Source of the DNA: an uncultured Granulosicoccus sp.
Lineage (GTDB): Bacteria > Pseudomonadota > Gammaproteobacteria > Granulosicoccales > Granulosicoccaceae
DNA: 64,000 nt
Direction: 5' to 3'
NCBI GenBank assembly: GCA_965367215.1
Contig: CBDUIJ010000001.1
Span: 1,901 to 65,900, forward strand
Shown here one piece after another: positions 1-9,206 of the stretch. The notes under the pieces are model-generated. The model saw only the letters and a list, made by a program, of their open reading frames with translations. It made no database searches and was not told where the DNA came from. Each line of letters opens with the position of its first letter. Position 1 is the first letter of the stretch. A program made the position numbers and the translations under genes.

Positions 1-433
1 CGCAGTCTGACGCCGGCTCAGTGCGCGTGACAGTTTACTGGCAGGCAGGTATCGCCTGGCGATAGCTGCCTGATTGCCAGATCGGTATGCAGATCAGGGA
101 AGGCGGCGGAGGGCTTTGTACGGTGACTCGTGCGCAGTCTGGCGCGAGGCATGAGCGGGACATTACCAAGCTCACATGATCTGCTGCCAAGCCGTACAGC
201 GACGATATGGGTACACCCAAGTACAAAACCCAGCCCACATTTCCGTTTGGCGTGGCCTGCAATTTGCTTGACTCGGGCCTTAGGCTGATAGAATCCCAGT
301 TTGGTATTTCGGGTCATTGCCGCTGCTGCTCATATCGTGGATATGTTGCCAGTCAGGCATAAGACCTTCAGCGGGGCGTAATGCCTTCATGTCCACGTGA
401 CATCAACAGTAACTGACGGAATTTTATATCTAA

Positions 434-1426
434 ATGAGCGACGCTATTTCTTCTGGGGACACTATCGGCGGCAGGCGCATCCTGGTAACAGGCGGTGCCG
501 GTTTTCTTGGCTCACACCTGTGCGAGCGATTGTTGAATGAAGGCAATGAAGTTATCTGTATGGATAACTACTTTACCGGTTCCAAACGCAATATCCAGCA
601 TTTGATGGGGAACACGTCATTCGAGCTCATGCGTCATGACGTTACATTTCCGATTTACCTGGAAATAGACGAAATCTACAACCTGGCTTGCCCGGCCTCA
701 CCGATTCACTACCAGCATGACCCGGTGCAGACCACCAAGACAAGTGTGCATGGCGCCATCAACATGTTGGGCCTGGCCAAACGAACCAACGCCAAGATCT
801 TCCAGGCCTCCACCAGTGAAGTCTATGGAGACCCCAAGGTTCACCCGCAGCACGAAAGCTATTGGGGACATGTCAACCCGATCGGATTCCGCTCATGCTA
901 CGACGAAGGCAAGCGATGTGCAGAAACCCTGTTCTTCGACTATCGCCGTCAGCACAACCTGCGTATCAAAGTAGGGCGAATCTTCAATACCTATGGTCCT
1001 CGAATGCACCCCAATGATGGACGGGTCGTGTCGAACTTCATCGTTCAGGCGCTCACCGGTGAACCCATCACTATCTACGGTAAAGGCGATCAGACTCGTT
1101 CCTTCTGCTACTGCCTCGATCTGATAGAGGCCTTCGTACGCATCATGGGGACAGATGACTCGTTCACAGGTCCCGTGAACATCGGCAACCCTGACGAATT
1201 CACCATTCTGCAGTTGGCCGAGAAAGTCATAGAAATGACCAACTCCAGTTCCAAGCTGGTGTTCAAGGATCTTCCCAGTGATGATCCGACCCAAAGGCGT
1301 CCGGATATCACGCAAGCTCGCGAAAAACTTGGCTGGGAGCCGAAAGTGAAGCTTGAAGAGGGTCTGGGCAAGACAATCAAATATTTCGAAAAAACCCTGT
1401 CCGAGGGTTCTTTCAAGGCTAGCTGA
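434..1426 (+). CDS. uxs: UDP-glucuronate decarboxylase (UDP-xylose synthase, UXS-type extended SDR)
   Basis: 330-aa ORF with an ATG at 434. It has the Rossmann motif [13 protein letters not shown], plus [21 protein letters not shown] and YDEGKR (Ser and YxxxK catalytic residues). It is nearly colinear with UXS1-type enzymes as I remember them. Confidence 0.88.
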   Translation: MSDAISSGDTIGGRRILVTGGAGFLGSHLCERLLNEGNEVICMDNYFTGSKRNIQHLMGNTSFELMRHDVTFPIYLEIDEIYNLACPASPIHYQHDPVQTTKTSVHGAINMLGLAKRTNAKIFQASTSEVYGDPKVHPQHESYWGHVNPIGFRSCYDEGKRCAETLFFDYRRQHNLRIKVGRIFNTYGPRMHPNDGRVVSNFIVQALTGEPITIYGKGDQTRSFCYCLDLIEAFVRIMGTDDSFTGPVNIGNPDEFTILQLAEKVIEMTNSSSKLVFKDLPSDDPTQRRPDITQAREKLGWEPKVKLEEGLGKTIKYFEKTLSEGSFKAS

Positions 1427-1447
1427 AAAGCATCCGGAGACTGACGA

Positions 1448-2347
1448 ATGAAAGGCATCATACTAGCAGGGGGATCGGGGACTCGTTTGAACCCGATGAC
1501 ACAGGTGATCTCAAAGCAGTTGTTGCCTATCTACGACAAGCCGATGGTCTATTACCCGCTGACGACGATGATGTTGGCGGGCATCAGAGACATTCTGCTG
1601 ATTTCCACACCGCGCGACATCGTCCTGTTCGAGATGTTGCTCGGTGATGGCAGTCAGTGGGGTGTGAATCTGAGCTATATGGTCCAACCGTCTCCGGATG
1701 GCCTTGCGCAGTCTTTCATTCTGGGCGAAGAGTTCATCGGGCAGGATAGTGTTTCTCTCATACTGGGCGATAACATATTTCATGGCAATGACATGGCTGG
1801 CTTGCTTCAGAAGGCCGCTGCACAGAAGCAGGGGGCAACGGTGTTTGCCTACCAGGTCAGTGACCCTGAACGCTATGGTGTTGTCGATTTCGATGACATG
1901 GGGCGTGCCAGAAGTATCGAAGAGAAGCCTGAGCACCCGGCGTCGAACTTTGCTGTCACGGGTCTCTATTTCTATGACAACGATGTCGTCTCGATTGCCA
2001 AGAGCATCAAACCGTCGGCAAGAGGTGAGCTGGAGATAACCGATGTCAACAGTGTGTACCTCGAGGCGAGGAAACTGATGGTTCAGCGCATGAGCCGGGG
2101 TTACGCATGGCTGGATACCGGCACTTGTGCCTCCCTGCTCGAGGCAGGTCAGTTTGTCGAGACACTGGAACGACGACAAGGGCTCAAGATCGCCTGTCCC
2201 GAAGAGATTTCCTGGAGATCAGGGTGGATTTCGGACGATGAGCTGATGGAACTGTCGGCGCCAATGGCCAAGAACAGCTATGGGCAATATCTTCAGTCCC
2301 TGCTGGGAGAACAGCAGTTCAACAATACCTTCAAGCTGGCCAGTTGA
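1448..2347 (+). CDS. rmlA: Glucose-1-phosphate thymidylyltransferase
   Basis: 299 aa. It has the N-terminal nucleotidyltransferase signature [14 protein letters not shown], plus YGVVDFD, LEITDVN and GYAWLDTGT. Length and motifs are typical of RmlA/RfbA. Confidence 0.93.
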   Translation: MKGIILAGGSGTRLNPMTQVISKQLLPIYDKPMVYYPLTTMMLAGIRDILLISTPRDIVLFEMLLGDGSQWGVNLSYMVQPSPDGLAQSFILGEEFIGQDSVSLILGDNIFHGNDMAGLLQKAAAQKQGATVFAYQVSDPERYGVVDFDDMGRARSIEEKPEHPASNFAVTGLYFYDNDVVSIAKSIKPSARGELEITDVNSVYLEARKLMVQRMSRGYAWLDTGTCASLLEAGQFVETLERRQGLKIACPEEISWRSGWISDDELMELSAPMAKNSYGQYLQSLLGEQQFNNTFKLAS

Positions 2348-2358
2348 TGTTCGAGGGA

Positions 2359-3420
2359 CTATCCCTCCAGACGTAATTCTCTCTTGCTGATCCACTGTTG
2401 GATCAGCAAGCTTTCCTTCCGCCAGTCATGGCGTGTAGACACCTTGTGGCAATCGCCATAGTGGCTACCAGCTCTGTTCCTGTCTTCTGACTCAATCGTA
2501 TCGACGGTGAACCCATGAACCTCGATGTGCAGATTCGGAAAGTGCTCCATCAGGGTATGCAGAACGAGAATACCCGCACTGGGTGGAGCCTCGAGAAGCC
2601 GAACCAGTGAATACCAGCTATCCAGTGGTGTCAGAGCCAGACTGGTGAAGGGCAGTCGCGCCAGGCGTGACCAGTACCGAGAGCTTCGCATGAACGGGGC
2701 AGGCCCGCTGAGACACAGATTGTGGCAGGGCATCTTGCTTCCATTGATGGAAAACCCAGGAGATACCACCCACAGCCCGGTTTGTTGGCCAGTATCGTGG
2801 CGCATCGATTCCCCCGTATGTATCTGGTTGAATCGAATGACCAGATCGGCTGAATCGATTCGCTCGCCGGCGGCACGGCCCCTTAATGACGGCCCGTTGC
2901 CAACAACAGCGATACGAGGGACAGGACAGTCTCCCTTCTGTTGAGCGAATAACTCCTCACACCACTGCGTAAGCGTGGTTGTGCGCTCCAGAAGGCTGGT
3001 GGCCAGCCTTGCCATACGTAATGTCAGAAAGTCACATCCGCAGTTCTTCTGCTGATGGATATGATTCAGAGCCAGGGGGAATCGGTAAAGTGCAAGCGCG
3101 CGCCTCAAGGACCACCGTTGCTTTTCGAGACCATGAAGTCTTGATCCTGCCTCTTGAGCAAGCCCCAGTTGGAGTTCAGCGCTGAGTAAGCGCCAGAAGA
3201 GTGACCAACACGTATTCCCCTGGCATTTCTGCCAGGCGTCAAACCGGTTCAGATGCTCGGCGCTCAGACCGTTGAGGCAGTGTTGAATATCATAGGCCAG
3301 TATGATTGCATCAGCATCGGAGGAATCGGTGACGAGTCTCCATATGTCGTCTACCAGTTGCTGCGTCCAGCGGCCTTCCCTGAATCTTCGTTCACAGTCG
3401 GAAATACTGATGCTGTCCAT
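2359..3420 (-). CDS. GT29-like (sialyltransferase-motif) glycosyltransferase with an unassigned 160-aa N-terminal region
   Basis: 353 aa. Four motifs occur in the order and spacing of sialyl motifs L, S, III and VS: aa 165-198 CPVPRIAVVGNGPSLRGRAAGERIDSADLVIRFN, aa 279-304 PPSAGILVLHTLMEHFPNLHIEVHGF, aa 320-323 HYGD and aa 331-336 HDWRKE. The start ATG shares one nucleotide with the upstream stop (TGATG). Confidence 0.6.
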   Translation of the reverse strand: MDSISISDCERRFREGRWTQQLVDDIWRLVTDSSDADAIILAYDIQHCLNGLSAEHLNRFDAWQKCQGNTCWSLFWRLLSAELQLGLAQEAGSRLHGLEKQRWSLRRALALYRFPLALNHIHQQKNCGCDFLTLRMARLATSLLERTTTLTQWCEELFAQQKGDCPVPRIAVVGNGPSLRGRAAGERIDSADLVIRFNQIHTGESMRHDTGQQTGLWVVSPGFSINGSKMPCHNLCLSGPAPFMRSSRYWSRLARLPFTSLALTPLDSWYSLVRLLEAPPSAGILVLHTLMEHFPNLHIEVHGFTVDTIESEDRNRAGSHYGDCHKVSTRHDWRKESLLIQQWISKRELRLEG

Positions 3421-4634
3421 CAGCGTGGATGCTTGAACGCTCGTAACCAGCGAACCTCACTGTCTTCGATGAAGCGACTCGGAGATTGCCGAAACTTGAC
3501 GAATTTTCTGTGCTTGCGCTCAAGAGAGGTTCGCAGCAGTTGTAATCGGCTGGGGGAGGCTGCCGGCGAGAATGCAGAAGGGATGATGAAATCCAGACAC
3601 GATACAGGTCGTTCAGTCAATGCCCGTCCAGCCCAGTGGCCTTGCAGCGTGATATTCAATGAGGTGCCGGAATTGTCGTGTTTGAGCCATTTTTCTATCG
3701 TGCTGCGAAGCTGTCGGCATGCATTGTCAACCACGATGGCAGACCCATCTCCGGTATATCCCCGCAGCCAGCTTTTCTGCTGCTGACGAGCTACCATCGA
3801 TTTGCTGGTATGGCACCCATGCCGAAGCCACTTGATGGAGTGGTGGTTGATGGCATCCACATCGAGAAGTTTTTCATCTTTCCAGAGTGCAACAGGCAGA
3901 TCGAACTGAAATGCATCTGCAAGATTGCCCAGGTTTCCACACAAGGCGATACTGGCATTGCCCATCATGGCCCCCAGCATACTCTTTCTGTCGGGAGTCA
4001 CGGCAGTCATGCCCATTCTGGACATGCCGGGAATGCGAGCCCTGAGCCGAGCCATGAGCTCGCGACTGTGGTTCGCCCCGAAGGCATCTCTGTGTACGCA
4101 CTCGATGCTGGTCTGTGATGGCACGGGTTTGAGCGTGTCGAGCAAGGAGCAGATCTTTTCGACCAGTGAATCTTCATGACGACTCTCTGTGCCGTCCGGC
4201 ATCATGATCAGTATTCGGTAGTTTGCCCTGTCGGATTGAAGCGCGTGTCCTTGCGCGTCCGATCTGAATCGAGAGTGAAATTCTGCTGATGTCATGACAC
4301 AGGCCGGCTTTGCCTCGATACGGTTCTCTCCGATGACTTGCTGGAGTGTCGCGTATGAATCGCAATCGGCTTGAAGCAGCAGTTTGTCGCAGAACAGTCC
4401 TCCGGGAGCCAATGGTGCAAGCTTGAGCCAGGTGCCGTTGTCCACGCTCAAACCCAGGCATTGATCAGCGCTCAACAGGTGGTCTGAGAATATTCCCGAG
4501 GATTGCGGTATCGAGCCAAGATCCAGATACTCATGATGAGTGTCTACAACGTGCGTCAGAGAGCTTTTCAGGCAATGTGAGATCCCCTCGAGTTGCGCAT
4601 TGAGGCGATCTTCGTAGCAGAGGTTCATCAGCAT
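3420..4634 (-). CDS. Hypothetical protein of the capsule glycosyltransferase operon (no recognisable domain)
   Basis: Long ORF tightly packed between two GT genes. The ATG at 4634 lies 1 nt after the upstream TGA (the track ORF begins at a TTG at 4646), and its stop overlaps the next ATG. The basic C-terminal tail reads RKHRKFVKFRQSPSRFIEDS. I could not match a catalytic motif. Confidence 0.5.
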   Translation of the reverse strand: MLMNLCYEDRLNAQLEGISHCLKSSLTHVVDTHHEYLDLGSIPQSSGIFSDHLLSADQCLGLSVDNGTWLKLAPLAPGGLFCDKLLLQADCDSYATLQQVIGENRIEAKPACVMTSAEFHSRFRSDAQGHALQSDRANYRILIMMPDGTESRHEDSLVEKICSLLDTLKPVPSQTSIECVHRDAFGANHSRELMARLRARIPGMSRMGMTAVTPDRKSMLGAMMGNASIALCGNLGNLADAFQFDLPVALWKDEKLLDVDAINHHSIKWLRHGCHTSKSMVARQQQKSWLRGYTGDGSAIVVDNACRQLRSTIEKWLKHDNSGTSLNITLQGHWAGRALTERPVSCLDFIIPSAFSPAASPSRLQLLRTSLERKHRKFVKFRQSPSRFIEDSEVRWLRAFKHPR

Positions 4635-4635
4635 A

Positions 4636-5712
4636 TCAGGCCGCAATTGCCGGTTTGGCGTGTTTCCAGTATTCGGAACTGTCCCAGGCCTTCATGAGTG
4701 CTGCGCATTGGGCTTGAGCCGTACAGTGTCGAGTCGCGTAGTTGATCAATGCATCGGAACAGGACGCACGGTATTCAGGATCCACCGCGCGGTTCAGTGC
4801 CTGTTCCCAGTCGGCTTCGCGCTTGATCACCATCAATCCGTCGATGTCGTGTTCCAGCAGGTCACTGGTGGGGGAGCAGAGTGCCGGCACACCCAGAGCG
4901 GCAGATTCTATGAACTTGATATGAGATTTGGCAAAGCTGAAAGGGGTGTCGAGCAAGGGGGCCAGTGTCACACAGCTTTGCGCAATCAGTTCTGGCAGAG
5001 CGTAGTAATCGACCCAGGGTGTCAGGTGCAGTTGTTCTCCCGGTAGTGTGGTGCCTTGCAGTCCTATTTTCCCCACCAGTGACAATGTAGCGTCGGGGTG
5101 GGCTTCCAGACACCGCTTGAGTGTTGGAGCAATGAGTTGAAGATCTCGATCATGACTGCGGCTACCCGGCAGGTAGCTGAGTCTGGCTGTGGCGGGCGGG
5201 GTGGTTCTTGCCTGTTCGGCGTGCTGAAGCCAATAGGCAGATAGACCGTTACGCACGATGGTGATCCGCGTGTTCGGACAGTGCGTGCGTGCTGCTGATG
5301 CCAGTGCAGGGGTGGATACCGTCAGTTCATCAAACAGTGGTAATGATCTTGCGTGCTTCCTGAATTGATTCTGTACGTGCGCCACCGATGCCTGTGAGTT
5401 CAGTACTTTAGGGGACTGCTCTGCCATGGCGGGGTCGAAGACCAGATCATCGAAGTCAGCGACCAGATGGATTCCCCGGGCTCTGCACACATCGCTCAGC
5501 TGTTGCAGTTTCTGAGAATAGAGAGGTCTCAGGCAGCTGACGATATCGTAGCGATTCAGATCGGTGGTACGCAGATCAGCCAGACTTTGAACTTCCGCCT
5601 GGTGATTGTTGTTCTGCAGTACTTCAGCGTGATTGAAGCAGCGATAGCGTGTAGAGCCGTCGCCATAGGCCAGCCGATCCAATCGAGCATGTGTGAGGAA
5701 TAGTACATTCAT
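4636..5712 (-). CDS. GT-B fold glycosyltransferase (GT4/GT1-like)
   Basis: 358 aa. The C-terminal half carries the GT-B retaining-type signature region KSHIKFIESAALGVPALCSP (E-x7-E-like). Its position inside the GT operon supports the call. Confidence 0.6.
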   Translation of the reverse strand: MNVLFLTHARLDRLAYGDGSTRYRCFNHAEVLQNNNHQAEVQSLADLRTTDLNRYDIVSCLRPLYSQKLQQLSDVCRARGIHLVADFDDLVFDPAMAEQSPKVLNSQASVAHVQNQFRKHARSLPLFDELTVSTPALASAARTHCPNTRITIVRNGLSAYWLQHAEQARTTPPATARLSYLPGSRSHDRDLQLIAPTLKRCLEAHPDATLSLVGKIGLQGTTLPGEQLHLTPWVDYYALPELIAQSCVTLAPLLDTPFSFAKSHIKFIESAALGVPALCSPTSDLLEHDIDGLMVIKREADWEQALNRAVDPEYRASCSDALINYATRHCTAQAQCAALMKAWDSSEYWKHAKPAIAA

Positions 5713-5771
5713 GTCAACTGGCGTACCTGAATCACGGCGTGTTGCGGTTGATCATGCAAGTGGTGCAAATC

Positions 5772-7865
5772 TCAGGCCACAGGAGGTGGTGCTGCTTCCA
5801 GCATGGGTTGTTCCTCGACCAGGCTAAGCATCGGATTCCAGTAGGGATCCCTGTGGATGTACTGCTTCCAGCGTTGGTGCATGACTTTGCATTCCGTCGC
5901 GAAGCGGGCCGCCTTGTCGGGCGAATCATCCTTGCCGCGGGAGAGCGATTCATGGTGGGTGATGGTGACGTCCGAGAGCATCAGATTGTCAAAGCCTGCG
6001 GCATGTACGCGCAGGCAGAAGTCGACGTCATTGAATGCCACCGTGAGTTCCTTGTCGTCCAGGCCACCCAGCTGTTCGTAGGTATCACGACGAATTGCCA
6101 GGCAAGCTGCAGTCACTGCGCTCACCTGATGGGGCCATTGCAATTTGTGTAGATAGGAGGCTGCGTCCGATTTCTGAAACCGGTGAGCATGGCCCGCAAC
6201 GCCTTTCATTCCCATGACGACACCTGCGTGCTGTACCCGCCCGTTGTCGTATAACAGCTTGGCTCCCACACAGCCGACGCGGGGTAACATGCATGCCTGT
6301 ACCATGCGCGTCAACCAGTCTGCTTGCACGATCTGAGTGTCGTTGTTGAGTAGTATCAGTACATCACTCTGTGTTTGGCTGGCAGCGTAGTTGTTGATGG
6401 CCGAATAGTTGAAGGTACCCGGAAAATCGAGTACTGAATAGCGAGGTTCATCTTGCATCGAGTCATGAAAACGCGATGTTGCCGCTTCCGTACTACCGTT
6501 ATCAATTACGCTGATATGGTAGTTCGGGTAGTCCGTCAAGGACAGGATCGACTCCACGCATTGGCGCAACAGGGGTTCCTTGTCGCGGGTAGGAATCAGA
6601 ATCTCGACTCGTGGTGGGGCATCGAGCACGTTCAGCCGAAGCGCGGAAACTGGCGGTGTGAGCAGCTCTGCGGCGCGCTGAGTGAACCAGCGATCCTGGC
6701 TGGAAACATCGCTCGGTTCCGGCTGTGAGAACAGGACTCCGGGGATATGTACCACCTGATCCCTGTTTATCACCGAGCGGGCCTGTAGCAGAAAGTCATA
6801 GATCGCCGTCTTTGCCATGGAGGACTTCAGCCCACCTGTTTTCAGGTAGAGTTCGCTGGAGCACACGCACAGATCGCCGATGTAGTTACCGGCTTCAAGC
6901 AGGTAGGGGTCCCAGCCAGGCTTGATCACGGGGTGTTTTCGCTCCCGATTTTCACACAGCTTGTCATGATCGGTATAAAGCAGCTCGCATTGCGCATTCT
7001 GTGCGAGTACGCGGGTAATCGAAATCAGGAATTCCGAACCGGGAACAATTCCGGAACCTGCCAGCACGATATGATGAGGCTCTGTCAGTGGATCTGTTTC
7101 CGTTTCCTGCCCGGCCAGACAGCTGATGGCAATGCTCGGCGTTCGCCCTCCCAGCATGCTCTTGAGCTCCGTGATCGATTGCTCCCACACAGCATTGTCG
7201 CTCTGGTTCATCGTGAAGATCTGAAGACTGATCCGGTTTGTCGACAGGCCGTGCCAGTCCGTATTTCTCCAGTGATTGGCCAGCGTGATGAGGTGATCAT
7301 GCAACCAGTACGAGTAGGGCTTGGGGGTGAATCCGCGCTGGTTGGTCTGGTGGTACACCTGATAAAGCTCTTCCACGGATGGCCAGTGACCATGACTGCG
7401 TAACATGTCTGTCTGAACATGTTCTATGTTGTCGACGGAGTCCTTGTGTTGCAGGGGGTCGAAACGCCGGGTCATGCGCTTCAGCATGCGTTTTGCTGCG
7501 CGACGACGAGAGACTCTTGTCAGATCGATATCCAGACACAGGCTGGCGTCCAGGTTTCCTTCCAGCGAGACGATGATATGAGTGATCTTCTCTCTGACCT
7601 GTACGACCCTTCGCGTTGCCCGCGCGCTGGTGAGCAACAGCTGTTCGCTTCGTCCTGCCACATCCAGGGTCAAGGTGTGTCCAATCGGACTTTCAACAGA
7701 ATCGTTGCCGCGCGGACTGACCTGCAACAAGTACCAGCCCGGGTTCAGAATGATGAAAATGCGTCTCGCATTGGAATCCAGACAGACGGAATTCCCCCAC
7801 TTGAGTGGCTTCCTCAAACCTGAAAGCGTGAGAAACACATTGGCAATACTCGTAATACTTGGCAT
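5772..7865 (-). CDS. Family 2 glycosyltransferase with a large unassigned N-terminal domain
   Basis: 697 aa. The C-terminal 280 aa show the GT2 pattern: ILIPTRDKEPLLRQCVESIL, VIDNGS, LLNNDT (the DxD-equivalent region) and VGAKLLYDNGRVQHAGVVMG. The N-terminal 400 aa or so are unassigned. Confidence 0.78.
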   Translation of the reverse strand: MPSITSIANVFLTLSGLRKPLKWGNSVCLDSNARRIFIILNPGWYLLQVSPRGNDSVESPIGHTLTLDVAGRSEQLLLTSARATRRVVQVREKITHIIVSLEGNLDASLCLDIDLTRVSRRRAAKRMLKRMTRRFDPLQHKDSVDNIEHVQTDMLRSHGHWPSVEELYQVYHQTNQRGFTPKPYSYWLHDHLITLANHWRNTDWHGLSTNRISLQIFTMNQSDNAVWEQSITELKSMLGGRTPSIAISCLAGQETETDPLTEPHHIVLAGSGIVPGSEFLISITRVLAQNAQCELLYTDHDKLCENRERKHPVIKPGWDPYLLEAGNYIGDLCVCSSELYLKTGGLKSSMAKTAIYDFLLQARSVINRDQVVHIPGVLFSQPEPSDVSSQDRWFTQRAAELLTPPVSALRLNVLDAPPRVEILIPTRDKEPLLRQCVESILSLTDYPNYHISVIDNGSTEAATSRFHDSMQDEPRYSVLDFPGTFNYSAINNYAASQTQSDVLILLNNDTQIVQADWLTRMVQACMLPRVGCVGAKLLYDNGRVQHAGVVMGMKGVAGHAHRFQKSDAASYLHKLQWPHQVSAVTAACLAIRRDTYEQLGGLDDKELTVAFNDVDFCLRVHAAGFDNLMLSDVTITHHESLSRGKDDSPDKAARFATECKVMHQRWKQYIHRDPYWNPMLSLVEEQPMLEAAPPPVA

Positions 7866-8258
7866 CGACAGTCTTCAGTACAGAGCAGAGGAGGAGTGAA
7901 TGGTGCTGGCATTGGCGGATAGACAACAGCGTCCTCCAACATCCAATTCATTGCACATCACGCGCCGAAACGCACGAAACTGAAACCCTTGCCGAAATAT
8001 TCGGGCTGCAGGCCTCAGTCAGCCTCCAGAATGTGAAACTCGTTGGCATGAATACTGTATCGGTCAGCGGGCTGGCGGTAGAAGATCGGGTTATCGGTGT
8101 CACGCGTGTATCCGGCCGCCATCAGAAGGTCCTGATCGTGGAGGGATGTCTGTCGGCCTTGCCTGATCAGCCTTGATTCGCGTACCTGCAGATCAGGCTT
8201 TCGCCCAGTTGCCAATGAACTTCCCAGCTTCGTCAGGACTACCGAAACAGTCACCGCT

Positions 8259-9206
8259 ATGATTGCTTACCATATTCTTTGTCATGGAAACTTCAAGCAA
8301 GTAGCCATGCTTGTAGATTCTCTGTTCAGCACGGATGATGTTTTTCTGATCGATATAGACGACGGCCAGAAGCCTGATCTGAAGCCTCTGGAGAAGTACA
8401 GAAATATATCGAACGTACACATCAGCTGTGACTCGAACATCTCCTGGGGCGGGGGAGGGACTCTTCGCAAGACCATAAAGGGAGCCTTTTTTCTTCTCGA
8501 TACCGATAAGTCGTGGGATTACTATGTCGTGCTGAGTGGTCAGGATCTGCCTCTGCAATCCAGAGAGCAGATCAAGAACCGTCTCGGTCGCGGTATCGTC
8601 GAGAAGACCAGCTACATTCGTGCGGTACGAACACCCGTATTGTCTCTGGATGAAATACCGGTAGACAACAAGAAGAACGAATGTGTTCTGTGGGGAGACC
8701 GCGGACATACCAAGGTATTTGCCAAGCCTGGCACAATCAATCCTCAAGTCGACTTTGCAGCTCGTTGGCTGGTGGATGTGGCAGAGATTGGCGAGATTGG
8801 TCATGTCTATGTCGGTAGTTGTGATTCCCTGTTGTTGAAACGTCGAGAGATGTACTTCAGGAAATACCCGTTCCACATTGGCGCAAACTGGTTCAACCTC
8901 CACAGGTCTGTCATTGAACACATGCAGAAGGATGAATTTGCCTATGAGTTGTACGATGTTCTGAAGAATACCTTCATTCCGGATGAGAGCTATTTTCAGA
9001 CCTACATCAAGAATTCCCCCTTTCGCGATAACACAGACAATGATTATGGTCGCCTGATCCTGCGTCCCGGGCCCAGACCCAGAGTCAAGGTCTTCGGTAT
9101 GGAAGACCTGCCTGCCATCGAAAGCTCCAACGATCTCTTCGGTCGGAAGTTCGATCTGAACCATGATGCCAGGGTGATCAAGGAGGTTCTTGAACGAGCG
9201 GCATGA
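8259..9206 (+). CDS. GT14 (Core-2/I-branching 'Branch' domain) glycosyltransferase
   Basis: 315 aa. IAYHILCHGNFKQVAMLVDSLF, FLIDIDD, ISWGGGGTL and WDYYVVLSGQDLPL follow the Branch-domain order as I remember it (iaYli.vH, hvD, v.WG..s, wdyf.nLSg.D.Pl). The gene is lower in G+C than its neighbours. Confidence 0.68.
   Translation: MIAYHILCHGNFKQVAMLVDSLFSTDDVFLIDIDDGQKPDLKPLEKYRNISNVHISCDSNISWGGGGTLRKTIKGAFFLLDTDKSWDYYVVLSGQDLPLQSREQIKNRLGRGIVEKTSYIRAVRTPVLSLDEIPVDNKKNECVLWGDRGHTKVFAKPGTINPQVDFAARWLVDVAEIGEIGHVYVGSCDSLLLKRREMYFRKYPFHIGANWFNLHRSVIEHMQKDEFAYELYDVLKNTFIPDESYFQTYIKNSPFRDNTDNDYGRLILRPGPRPRVKVFGMEDLPAIESSNDLFGRKFDLNHDARVIKEVLERAA

Noticed and set aside
18-317. 99-aa and 75-aa minus-strand ORFs in the first 430 bp.
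   Set aside because: They have no recognisable motif, odd basic and Cys-rich composition, and overlap each other. The region is more likely the promoter and leader of uxs (weak TTGACT-15 nt-TAGAAT at 268-294), or the tail of something outside the window. Neither reading is supportable.
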